Below, one piece after another: positions 1-11,856 of a DNA stretch of 64,000 nt; position 1 is the stretch's first letter, and each line of letters starts with the position of its first letter. The stretch comes from Vitrella brassicaformis CCMP3155 (lineage: Eukaryota > Protista > Chromerida): NCBI GenBank assembly GCA_001179505.1, contig CDMY01000461.1, positions 1 through 64,000 of the forward strand, read 5' to 3'. The notes beneath the pieces are model-generated. The model did no database searches. It had not been told where the DNA came from and saw only the letters and a program-made list of their open reading frames with translations. The translations under genes and the position numbers were made by a program.

Positions 1-180
1 TGGATGCCGTCACTCGACCGCTGTCTCAACGCGATACAAAACAGACAGACTGCAGAGGTCGCTTCTGCAGTGGTGAGAACCAACCCCACAGAGAGCTCCG
101 CAGAGAGAGCTCTAGAAGATGCCTCCCCTGACTCTAGCTTTTGAGCTCGCAAATGAGCGCGATCCACGCTACTTGGCCGC
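1..180 (+). repeat. Dispersed structured repeat, copy 1 (may extend beyond the window start)
   Basis: Near-identical to the reverse complement of 17597-17781, apart from one divergent stretch of about 20 nt. Contains the hairpins CTGCAGAG-gtcgc-TTCTGCAG and AGAGCTC-cgcagaga-GAGCTCT. Confidence 0.85.
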
Positions 181-375
181 ACTTTGGCGATCGTGGACTT
201 TTAACTCGAAGCGAACCTTTTGCCTACCCTTTTGCGCTCTCTGGCTGAAACCCAAGACTTGCGAGCTTAGTACAAGAGGCAAGGGAATGCGCTGATCTTT
301 CGCCGGCCTCTTTCACTGCTGACGTCAGTCGGGCTCGTCGAGGCTTGAGGCCCGGACGGCAGAGATCTGTGCGTC

Positions 376-3300
376 ATGAGCAGCCGGGAGGGCGGCGCGC
401 CACGGCCACCCGCATCTACAGGTACAACACATCCGAAAGATGCCGTGCGCAGATAAACACATGCCCATTCATGCACGTACATTTGGACAGAGTTCTCTTT
501 CTTTTTCTCTCCTGTGTGTCTGTTCGCAGCAGGTGCTGTGTGCGTCAAGCAGGAGCCTCAGGCTGATAGGACAGCCCCGCGAGCCATCCCGGACCTCACT
601 ATGTCACCTCCCGTCCAACAGACATCCCACGGTATTCCTGGGCAGTCATCAGACCAAACCACCGACCGCTCCTCACCCGCCCTCTGCCCACCAGGCCACC
701 ATCACGATGCGGCCTCTTCCGGCGATCCTCCTGATGGTTGTGAGCGTGTTGAGACCGAAGGGGCGCAAAGTGGAAGGGGCGGGGGTGGCGGTCAGGGTGA
801 GGTCGCATCTTCGTCACGTCACCTAAGGGGTCAGCCAGCCGCGCACAACACATTGCCGGCCCGCACACGCACCCATCGATGCGTTACATTGTTCACCGTG
901 TGGACATGTATGTATGTATGCATCTTTCTGTCTTGTGTTGTCTTGTCTGGCAGCGACGGCCCTCGAGGACCTTGAGGACGACGATGGGGAGGAAGAGGAT
1001 GAGATGAAATTGCTGATATTCCGCAGCAGCGCCTTGCTTCCTCCCACGACGACAGGTGATGAGGGCGAGAGTGATGGAGCGGAGGAAGCCCAGGATCTTC
1101 GAGGAAGACGGCGCATCCTTGCCGCTCGCAAGACGGCCAAAGAATACCACTGTGAGTGAGGGAGGCACACACGCACACAGACACACACCTGCACACGGGC
1201 AGGATGATATGCATGGGTGTGTGTCATGTCTGTCGGTGGGTCTGATGTGATTGATGCGAGGCAGGTCTGGCAAAGGATTGTCCACCGGGTGCACCTGCAC
1301 CACCAGCCGGCGACCCGGGCTGCCTGGTGACAGCCGATGACGGCCTCTGCCAGTCGTGCATGAGAGCCTACAGGGTGGCTTCCAGTATTTTTACCCGCCT
1401 CCACCGCTCACACCCCAAAGTGCGGACCACCTTCACCCCCGCCCCCCCGCAACACCACCAAACACGCCTCCACCAAGACGCTGTGACAGTCACCATCGGC
1501 CCCCTGACCGACACGCGCGGCGGCCGGTACTATCTGCGGGACCTGGTCGTCCGCCCCAGAAACAAACTTCCCAAGGCCGTGAAGCCGCGAGATTCCATGG
1601 GAGGGTGGAGCTTCTTCGCCCTCATCATCAAGATCCCCGAGGTGCTGCGGGCCCCCCCTGACCCTGACAAGGACGACTTCCGCGTGGACAGCGACGGCAA
1701 GAGAGTCTTTCTCCGGCGGAAGTCACTCAGAGATTTCAAGACGGAAACGAGAGGTGAGGGAGGCAGTGAGTGGGAGGCCGGCAGATCTACATGGATGAAT
1801 GGCGAGTGTGTTGGTTGGTTCGGTGCATGCAGCCGCCCTCGACGCCTACCCCAAGCAGCGGCTCCAAGAGCTGCGTGTCCTCAACGGCTTCGGGAAGATC
1901 AACATCTCCTGGCACAAGTCCGCGTGGGAGATCCAGTTCTATAAGTGCACCGAATCACTTCTCACCAGAACCATCAGCCCGCAAGCCCGCACACAAGAGG
2001 CCATCGACAAGGCCCTCGAGGAGGCGGTGCAGACACGCAACGAGCTGGCCAGCGACCTGGGCCGGCCACCCATTCGGTCGCTGCCGTCTCGGGAGCTTCC
2101 TGGCGAGGATCGCCACGAAGATCGTCAGGGTGACTACGAGGTCGCCATTGAGGGCAGCGGCGGCGAGCCTGAGGATGAGGACAAAGACGAGAATGAGGAA
2201 GACAACCAGGGTGATAATGCCGCGCTGACCAGCTGGAAGGAGGAACCGACAGACCCCCACCAGCAGCAGCAGCAGGACCAAGTGCACATGGGAAGGAAGG
2301 GTGGTGACGATGGGAACCGCAAGGCGCCCAAGAGAGGCAGAGAGCCATCTGGAGGTGATGCGTACACAACACACACACACATGCTCATCACCCCACCCCC
2401 TCACCCACCTGTGTGTGGTTTCTTTGGATGTGTCTGTGTGTTCTGGTGTTCAGATCCGTTTGGTGGTGCTTGTGCGCTGGAAAAGGACGCCCTCGACGCC
2501 TACGCCAAGGAGCGGCAGGCCGAGCTGCGCCGCCTCAATGGCTCCATGGCAACCCACATCGGCTGGCAAAACAACGGAGGATGGGTCATTCAGATCCACC
2601 TCCAAAACCAGCCGAAGACCTGCACATTCAGAGCGCGAGCTCGCACACGAGAGGCCGTCGACGCGGCGCTGCAGGAGGCCGTCGACAAGCGCAACCTGCT
2701 GGCCAAGAAGGTTCGCCTTCCCCCGCTCCGCTTTCCCCCCATCATTGCCTCATCCGATGGAGAGGGAGAGGGCAATGATGGCGATGAGATGGACATGGCC
2801 GAGCATGGCAGCGGGGCGGCGTCTGAGAAGGATGAGGAGGAAGAGCAGAAAGACGAACACGACCACAAGAGGCGGATACGGAGAGGAGCAGCTGCAGGTA
2901 CACACACAGACACACACACACGAACGACACGAGCGCACGCGTGTGTATGTGTTGTGTTGGGCCGCTTCTGTGCCGATTGTGGTCTCTAGGTTGGTCTCGT
3001 ACCGCTGTTGCGAGGCAAAGGGACGCCCTCGACGCCTACGGCAAGCACCGACTGACAGAGCTGCGTCGCCTCAACGGCAATGAGAGCATCAACATCGGAT
3101 GGCACAACTTATCATGGCAGATCCAGTTCTGGAACAAGGGAGGACGGCTGTGGCGGAACATCAGTCTGCCAGGCCGCACCCGCGAGGCCGTCGACAAGGC
3201 CCTCGAGGAGGCCATTCACACCCGCAACCAGCTGGCCAAGAACCTGGGTCGTCCACCTATTCGGTCCCTGCAGTCGGGCCATGGCCAGGGCGTCGCTGAG

Positions 3301-6300
3301 GGATCGGGAGAGGCCCGTGGCGAGGGTGAGGATGGCGAGGTGGAGGGCTGTGTCGGGGCGCCAGAGGACGAAGAAGAGGAGGAGCAAGATGAGACAGACG
3401 GTGAGCCACACACACAGGGGGGGAGGGCGGGGTACATTGCACAAACATATGGATGAATGTGCTGCATGTGTTGGTTACATGCAGAGGAGTACACCGGCAA
3501 GGCGCAGAAGAGGCCGATAGGCAGAGGAGCGTCTGCTGCGGCGAATGGACCACCCCAGGGTGCCTCCGTGGCCCACTACCGCCCTCCACGTCCCCCTCCC
3601 CTCCTCGCGGCTGCCACGCGCCCACCCGTGCGGCCCCCCGCACCCCGTGTGTCTGCTGCTGAGGATGCACAGATGTGTGACGCCACCGATCAGCAGCACA
3701 ATGGCGTTCCCTTCTCAGAGCCGCAAGAGAGTCGACAAGTGGATGGTAATTGGGACGAGCCGCCGTCGCATAGTCCGTCCGACGTCAGGGATGCAGCGGC
3801 ATCTGCTGCCGCGAATGTCCCACGCCTCCCCCCTTTCTGGCGTGCTATGCCACCGATGCGGCCCCCCTTCTGGCAACCACCACCATCATTCTTCGGCGGT
3901 ACGCGCAAACAGAGAGGCAGACGGATGGACGTGCGGCCGACATCTCGATGCATTCATTGATGCTGCGAACCGGACAGGTCGCGGCGGCGTGGTGATGGGT
4001 GGCATGGGTGGCCCCCCGCCGGCGCCAGGGAGTCTCAACGGGGCATGCATTGCCTTCCTCCCAGGTGAAAGAAAAGTGAATGCACAACACTCAGCCAGCG
4101 CTTTGGCAGTGTCGTTGTGGTGCCATTCATTTCGGTCAGCGGTCCGGCCCCCCATAACCCCAGCAATGCCTGGCTTGACCCGCCAGATCCATGGCACCAC
4201 CAGACCACCACCACCACCAACACCACCGTCAAACCGTCCGTCAAGAGCAGCATACGGGGACAAGAGGCTGTCAAACGTGCCCCTGGGGCGACACAGACGC
4301 ATTGACCAAACACCACCGGCAGCGGCCGCTGCTTCGGGCAGGAATGAGAGAGGGCAACCAGGCGGCAATCGGCCAGAGCACGGAGGAGGGGCATCGGCCG
4401 CTGCTCGTCTTGGTGTCCAAGTCAAGATCGCCCCTAGCGGTGGCGGAAACAGCGTGCAGCAGGGCGCCTCCGAGAGTAGCAGAACCGAAGGGCAGCAGAA
4501 ACAGCAGCAGAAGCAGATGGTGCCTGCTCGGTGTATGGAGCGCCAGCTGGTCAACCTCGACCATGACGACCTGGTCAAGGCGCTGGAGCGAGATGAGAAG
4601 AGCCAACTGGCCAGGAGAGTCCTGCACATCGTTCGAGAGGTACGTCAGACCAGCTGGTCGGTCTGTAGGTCACACAGACACACAGACGATCGATATAAAC
4701 GAGGCCATGTGTGCGTCTGTCTGGTGGTTCGTTTTTGTATGCATTTATGTATGTGTGTGTCAGAGTGGGTTCAACGGGTCTCACTTGCACGAGATGAGGG
4801 GCATGACGGCCGCCCAGATCAACAGCGACTGTCTTGGCAACGCGCCCCAGTTCCGGGGACAGGCTCTCGACCTCCGCATGTGGATCGACCAAATCTACAA
4901 CAAACACGGCGTAAGCAGGCACTCACTGAAGCAGTCTGTGAATGTGAGTCAAGTCGTGCGTGTGGTGTGCAGGGCTGTGTGTGGGCCCCCGTCCGCATCA
5001 AGGAGGAACCGACAGAGGGTGAGCGAGATGGCAGCGGTGGCGAAATGGACATGGCCGAGCACGGCAGCGGGGGGCGTCTGAGAGAGACGAGGATGAGGAG
5101 CAAGACAAACACGACCGCAAAGCGCGGAAGAGAAGAAAACGGAGAGGAGCATCTTCTGGTACACAGACATACACACACGAGTGCATTCATGTGTATGTGC
5201 TGTGTTGTTTTGTGTTGGACTGCTTGTGTGCTTGTTCTGGTCGCTAGATTCGTGTCGTGTTGGTGTGGCCAAGGAGGGGGGCCCTCTCGACCTTGAGAGC
5301 ATGGGCTGCGCACCCATCCCTTCGCTGCAGTCTCGGCTTCAGAGAGGTGGCGAGGGGGAGGCCGAGCGAGACAAGGACGGCCAAGGTGAGGATGCCGACA
5401 TGGAGGGCAGCAGCGTCGCGCCTGGGGACGAGCAAGACCAAGACGACGAACAAGACAGTGAGCCACACAAAGGGAGGGAGGGAGTGGATGCCTTCATGGA
5501 TGGATGGATGGATGTGTGGTGTTCAGATGCGTTTGATGGTGCCTCGGTGGACAGGGACGCCCTCGGCCGCTACGCCAAGCACCGGCTGGCAGAGCTGCGC
5601 CGCCTCAACGACGCGCGTCGCCTTCACGGCTCCGGGATTATCAATCTCGGATGGCACAATTCCGCATGGCAGATCCAGTTCTGCCACAAGGGAGGACGGC
5701 TGTCGCGGACCATTAGACCGCCAGGCCGCACACAAGAGGCCATCGACAAGGCCCTCGAGGAGGCCATTAACACCCGCAATCAGCTGGCCAGGGACTTTGG
5801 CCGTCCCCCCCTTCGGTCGCTGCAGTCGGGGCGTTGCCACGGCGAAGGAGAGGCCCATGGCGAGGGTGAGGATGGCGAGATGGAGGGCTGTGTCGGGGCA
5901 CCTGAGGTCGAGCAAGAGGAGGAGCAAGACGAGACAGACGGTGAGCCACACATAGGCAGGGAGGGAGGGCGGGGTGCACGGGACAAACATATGGATGGAT
6001 GGATGTGCACACACTTGTCGGTTCAATGCAGAAGAGTACGGCCGCAAGCCGCAGAAGAGGGCAAGGGGGAGAGAGGCCCCTGCAGGTAGGTGACCATGCA
6101 ACACAGATATGAATGGATCACTCACCCATCCACCCTATCACAGACGTGTGGTGGTTTTGTGTGCCGGTGTTCAGGCTCGTCTGCTGATCTGGAGAAGGAC
6201 GCCCTCGACCGCTGCGCCCAAGCAGCGCCTGGCCGAGCTGCGTCGCCTTAACGAGACCGATAGAATCAACGTCAGCTGGTACGACTTTGCATGGTCTATT

Positions 6301-7167
6301 CGATTCCGCCAAGGCAGCGGACGACGACGTGCCTCGCACGCCATCAACCCACACGCCCCGCACACGAGAGGCCATCGACAAGGCCCTCGAGGAGGCCGTT
6401 GACAAGCGCAACCGCATGGCCAAGACGATGGGGTGTCCCCCCCTCCGGTCGCTGCGGTCTCGGCATCGTCCTGACACCGACGAGGGTCGCGACGGAGATG
6501 GTCAGGGTGACTATGAGGTCGTCATTGAGGGCAGCGACGGCGAGCCTGAGGATGGAGATGCGGACGAGAAAGACGGTGAGCCGCACAGACGGGGTGGGGG
6601 TGTACAGTATTGATGAAGGGACACATTATGTATCTCACCGACTTCAGACGACGATGCCGTGCTGAGCAGCGAGAAGATGGTGTGAAGTACGCCAGGGAGG
6701 AGCAGCTCGCCCTCGTGGCGGCAGCCAACAGCACAGACGGCCCCGGCACCATGATCGCTCTGCGCGACGGCCACTTCGCTGCGGGCCCTTTCCCCCCTCT
6801 GCCCATTCACATCTCGCCCACCCGGAGAGGCGTCCGCCTGGCCCTGCTGAAGGCCGTGGAGGTCAGGAACAAGACGCTCAAGGACCGCCCGCCCCTACAG
6901 CTGCCCAAGCCCCTCACCACTTCGCCCACCAGCCCCGCTGCGACGCTGCCACCAGCAGCAGCAGCTGCTGCTGCATCTGCATCTGCATCGGCTCGCGACT
7001 ACACAAATGAGCAGCAGGACCAGGCCGGCCAGAGGACTGAGGACGGCTGTGCTGGTGAACTGGGTGGTGGGCTGAACGACCGCATACGTGAGAGAGGACC
7101 GTCCCACCACACACGGCGAAGAGCAGACCCCTCGTCGCCCGCTGATCACGTGGGTGAGAGGGGATGA
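376..7167 (+). CDS. Large multi-exon protein with 5-6 tandem AP2-like repeats, a SAM-like domain and acidic linkers (putative transcription factor; 3' half frameshifted)
   Basis: Repeated exon encoding DALDxYxKxRLxELRRLNG..I.W....W.IQF...RTxEAIDKALEEAVxxRNxLA at about 1835, 2486, 3021, 5556 and 6198, with a degenerate copy near 6670. GT-AG introns join the units in frame. The AP2 assignment rests on the W..W beta-sheet plus amphipathic helix pattern, not on a search. Confidence 0.6.
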
Positions 7168-8750
7168 GACGATTGACGGCAGACGGTCAGAGGCACGGCC
7201 ACCCACCTTGCTGTTGTGTGATGTTGTGTGTTGTTGTGTGGGTCCATGCATTCATTCAGTGTGTTGTTGCCGAGGAGGCCATGCAGCCACTGGATATGGA
7301 CATGGAGGTACAGACCGCCTGACAGTACACAGGGAGGGAGGGAGGGGTGAGGGCTGGCTGGCCTGTGGGCGGACGCCACACGAGCAGAGCGACGGAACAG
7401 CGGCAATCGGTGTGTTCGTCCGTTTGCATGGCGTGGTTGTGATGTGAGTGTCTCATGTATGTGAGGTGTGGTGCATTTGTGCATTTAAGCTCAAGACACA
7501 TTTCACACACAGAGAGGAGGGACAGTTTCTTTGTGTCTGTTATCGCGCCACTCGGTTGACCGAATATGTGTGTTCAAGTCATTAGTCTCTTAAAAGTCTC
7601 CCACCACCACAACGAATTGTATGCCCACTTTCCGAGCCCCATCCCAGCCCATCCTGAGTTGTCGCATCACACCACACGCACACACAACACCATCCCACGC
7701 ACGGACGACACATAAACACATCACCACTTCAATCGTTCGATCCACCAATCGCGTCGCATCACTCTCGCTTCAAAATTGGTGCAGCACATATGCAGAGATA
7801 GATGGCATCCATCCAGCAGGGTCGGGCTGTTGTCTCCCTCCCGCTGCCAAGGTTGCCGGTCCATGCACTGCTTGCTGTCTGTCTTTCTGCCGGATCTGTG
7901 ACTGACGAACGACACTAACCACCCGTCGTTGTGTGATTCAGGTGGGTCGGAAAGAGAGAGAGAACCGATCCATGAGAAGCGGAGAGAGAACACTCACTCA
8001 CTCACAGCCACCACACACAACACACTCACACAACACACACACACACGGATGTTCCCACGCAATCAGAGAGAGGGAGAGAGAGAGCTAGTCGGTCAGTCGG
8101 TCGGCGGGGGCACTCATGCCATTCATTCCACTCATTCCTTCGTATAAAGGCCGCACGCAACGCATCAAGATACGCAAAACAGACAGGCAGACAGGCAGGC
8201 AGGCTTCATTTCAAACAGACCAAAGAGAAACCAATCCAATCCAAGCCACACACGGAGAGAGTTAGGCGAATTGCACTGCACCACACACCACACGTAGGCA
8301 AGCCACACTCATGAGCGAGCAGCCCAGCCCCCACCTGCACTCACGACGGTGTCACGTGACGAAGGCACCGCGTGTGTGGGTGGGGGGCCTGCTTATGTGT
8401 AGGCCTTCCAGACTCCCCGCCCACAGCCCATGCATCACAAACAGGGCCACCAGCAGCGACACAAGCCACGACAGAGAACGAAAGAAACATTGCACACGTC
8501 CAGCAACACCATAGCCGAGGGCGAGGTGCTTCCTCTCGCCACGCCAGCCACGACGCCGCCTGTCCCTGTGCCGTGTTTCCGCCTTCTCCCTCAGGCCCGC
8601 CTCGCTTCTCTGATGATGCCCATTTCCATCGCAACGACAACATCCACAACACGCAAGCACCGCCTCTCTCCTGACAGCCCCCCTCGTGTGTGTGGTGGTG
8701 GTGTGAGTGAGTGGGAGAGGGGATGGCTGTCGGGTGCCATCGAGTGGGGT

Positions 8751-10914
8751 TCATTTGCCCTTCTTCTGGGCGGCCTTGGTGACCTTGCCGGAAGTGGCCT
8801 CCTTCTTGGACACCTCCTTGATGACACCCACGGCCACCGTCACGCGCATGTCGCGCACGGCGAAACGTCCCAGGGGCGGGTAGTCCTGATACAAACAGAG
8901 ATTGATGGGATGGTCGGTGTATCTGGTCTGGTGGTGGTTTGGTTGGGGTGCTTACCGAGAAGGACTCGACGCACATGGGCTTCTGGGGGATGAGCTGCAC
9001 CATGGCGGCGTCGCCCGACTTGACGGCCTTGGGCTCCTTCTCCAGCTCCTTGCCTGCACATAACCACACGGAAACACACACGTGGTCATGTGACTGGCGC
9101 TGGTGCATGGTGTGTGAGGCGGCTAGCTGACTGACCCGATCGGCGGTCCATCTTGGCGCGGATCTCAGCGAACTTGCAGGCGATGTGGGCCGTGTGGCAG
9201 TCCAGCACGGGCGCATAGCCGTTCTTGATCTCACCGGGGTGGTTCAGAATGATGACCTGCACAACACACAACCCAATACACCGCACATCAGCAACACCCA
9301 CACGCCCTCACAAGAATGGCCGACACGACACGTACCTGAGCGACGAAGTACTCGCAGCCCATGGCGGGGTCGTTCTTGGAGTCGGAGGCAACGTAGCCCC
9401 GCTTGAGCTCCTTGACCGACACGTTCTTGACGTTGAAGCCAACGTTGTCGCCGGGGGCAGCCTCGGGCAGAGACTCGTGGTGCATCTCAACCGACTTGAC
9501 CTCAGTCGTCAGGTTCACAGGGGCGAACGTCACAACCTGATAGACACACACACACACACACAGATGGATGGGTTTGTGCATGGAGAGGGAGGGAGGGAGG
9601 GAGGGGCAGTGATTACCATGCCGGGTTTGAGGACACCGGTTTCGACACGTCCGACGGGGACGGTGCCGATACCGCCGATCTTGTACACGTCCTGGAGCGG
9701 CAGCCGGAGGGGCTTGTCGGACGGACGCTTGGGCGCCTGCACCTGGTTCAACGCCTCAAGCAGAGTCGGACCTGACAAACCAAACCACCACAACACACCA
9801 ACCAGACCAGACAAGGCAGGTGTATGTGTGTGTGCATGTGGCAGATCGTGTGTGTGTCGGTGTGTGTTGTATGGCTGACGGTTCGAGTCACTTACCCTTG
9901 TACCAGGACATGTTGGTGGAAGCCTCGATCATGTTGTCGCCGTTCCAGCCGGAGATGGGGACGAAGGGCACCTTGTCAGGGTTGTAGCCGACCTTCTTGA
10001 GGAAACCTGACACCTCCTTCTTGATCTCATCGTAACGGTCCTGCTTGTACCTGACCGACACGACACAGACAACACACACGACACGAACACCATGTTGTGT
10101 CGCCTTGTCGTGTCTCTCTGTGTGTGGGAGGGGGGAGGGAGAGGGGGAGTGGGTGACGGTTGCGTGCGGTGCGTACCCGACAGATTTGTCGTCCATCTTG
10201 TTGACGCCGACGATCATCTGCTTGACGCCCAGCGTGAAAGCCAGCAGGGCGTGCTCACGGGTCTGACCTGCAGGACATCACACACCAGACAGACAGAGGA
10301 CATGTGTGTGGTGTGCATCAGCACACGGAGCCACAGATCTCTCATCTCATCCACACAACACAACACACACGCTCCAGACGCCTGTGTCTGACACGTCTGG
10401 CTACACATGCACCTCTGGCTGCCCCAGATCTGCCTCCCTCCCCCCACACGCACGTAGATCTGCCTCCCCCGTCCCTTCCCCTCTCTCCCGTGTCCACCCT
10501 GTGTGTCCGCTGTCCGTCCGTACCTTCCTTGGCGATACCGGCCTCGAACTCTCCCTGTCCCGAAGCGACGATGAGGATGGCCACGTCAGCTTGTGACGTC
10601 CCCGTGATCATGTTCTTGATGAAGTCGCGATGGCCCGGTGCGTCGATGATGGTGAAGTAGAACTTGTCGCTCTCGAACTTCCACAGGGCGATGTCGATGG
10701 TGATGCCTCTCTCGCGCTCGGCCTTGAGCTTGTCGAGCACCCAGGCGTACTTGAACGACCCCTTGCCCATCTCAGCTGCCTCCTTCTCGAACTTCTCGAT
10801 GGTTCGCTTGTCGATGCCGCCGCACTTGTAGATCAGGTGGCCGGTGGTGGTGGACTTGCCGGCATCGACGTGACCGATCACCACCAGGTTGATGTGCTGC
10901 TTCTCCTTCCCCAT
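8751..10914 (-). CDS. eEF1A: Translation elongation factor 1-alpha (8 exons)
   Basis: [98 protein letters not shown]. Stop at 8751-8753. Confidence 0.99.
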
Positions 10915-11095
10915 GGCGACAAGAGATCACTGACCACTGCTGACCCTCTGACACACACGCACAGTCTCACGCACAGATCCTCTGCCTCTAGACGTTTCGC
11001 TGCCGCTGCGAGCTGTCGACCGTGGGCCCGATTCGATCAGGGTTTGTGGGGTCAAATCTGATTGACAGGAAGCAGCAAACCCTACTGCGACAAAG

Positions 11096-11856
11096 ATGAG
11101 CGATGTGAAGGCAGCTGTGCGGCAGATCCTGGGTGGCGAGGGCCTCTACAGCGCCGACAGCCTGCAGACGCTCGAGGAGTACCTAGATCAGCAATGGGCC
11201 AACGACACCTACGACGTCGAGGCCAACCTGACCATCCTGAAGCTCTACCTGATGTATCCCCAGCACATGAAGAAGGACAGGGTGCGGCAGATCTTGGTCA
11301 AGGCGCTGGGCGCCACCTTCCCCCAGAACGACTTCCAGCTGTGCATGTACCAGCTACCGCCAAACCGCTTCAGGGACATGCCCGAGGTGACTGAGCTGGT
11401 CAGGCTGGCCGCCAAGCTCGACACATGCGACTTCAAGGGCTTCTGGAGCGACCTTGACAAGTACCCCGATGTGGTGAGCTGCCCTGGGCTGCGGGCCAAG
11501 GTGAGGACGTTCATCTGTGGGGTGGTGGCCACGGCATACGCCGCTCTGTCGAGAGAAGGTCAGTGGGCAGACAGAGAAACTGCATACGCATTTATGTTCA
11601 CTGTATCTGTTGTTCATTGGATGTGATGTGTGCAGCCCTGTCTGAGTATGTGGGTCTCCCCCCTGGATCAGCCGAGCTGTCGGCGCTCATCAAGCAGCAC
11701 GGGTGGCGCGAGGAGGCCAACGGAGAGCTGCGGATCAGCGAGAGTGAAGATGACCGGGTCAAAGACGTGCTGGTCAAGGGCGAGGGGGCAACCAAGGAGA
11801 GGATCTCACCCGACAAGCTGAGGACGGTGCTCAACAGTGTCGCATCTGTCAGATAG
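11096..11856 (+). CDS. eIF3k: Eukaryotic translation initiation factor 3 subunit K (one intron, about 11559-11635)
   Basis: LEEYLDQQ...YDVEANLTILKLYLMYP...ILVKAL...DFQLCMYQL...CDFKGFW matches the eIF3k/CSN8/PSMD8 family pattern. Ends ...LRTVLNSVASVR*. Confidence 0.88.

Noticed and set aside
1832-6460. Regularly recurring ~50-bp DNA repeats (gaggccatcgacaaggccctcgaggaggcc) as a CRISPR-like array
   Set aside because: They encode the conserved helix of the repeated protein domain and are separated by hundreds of bases of exon and intron. The sequence is eukaryotic and no cas genes are present.
9876-9892. B-box-like GGTTCGAGTC (and GTTCAAGTC near 7571) as tRNA or SINE
   Set aside because: No cloverleaf, acceptor stem or properly spaced A-box; the first lies inside an eEF1A intron on the opposite strand.
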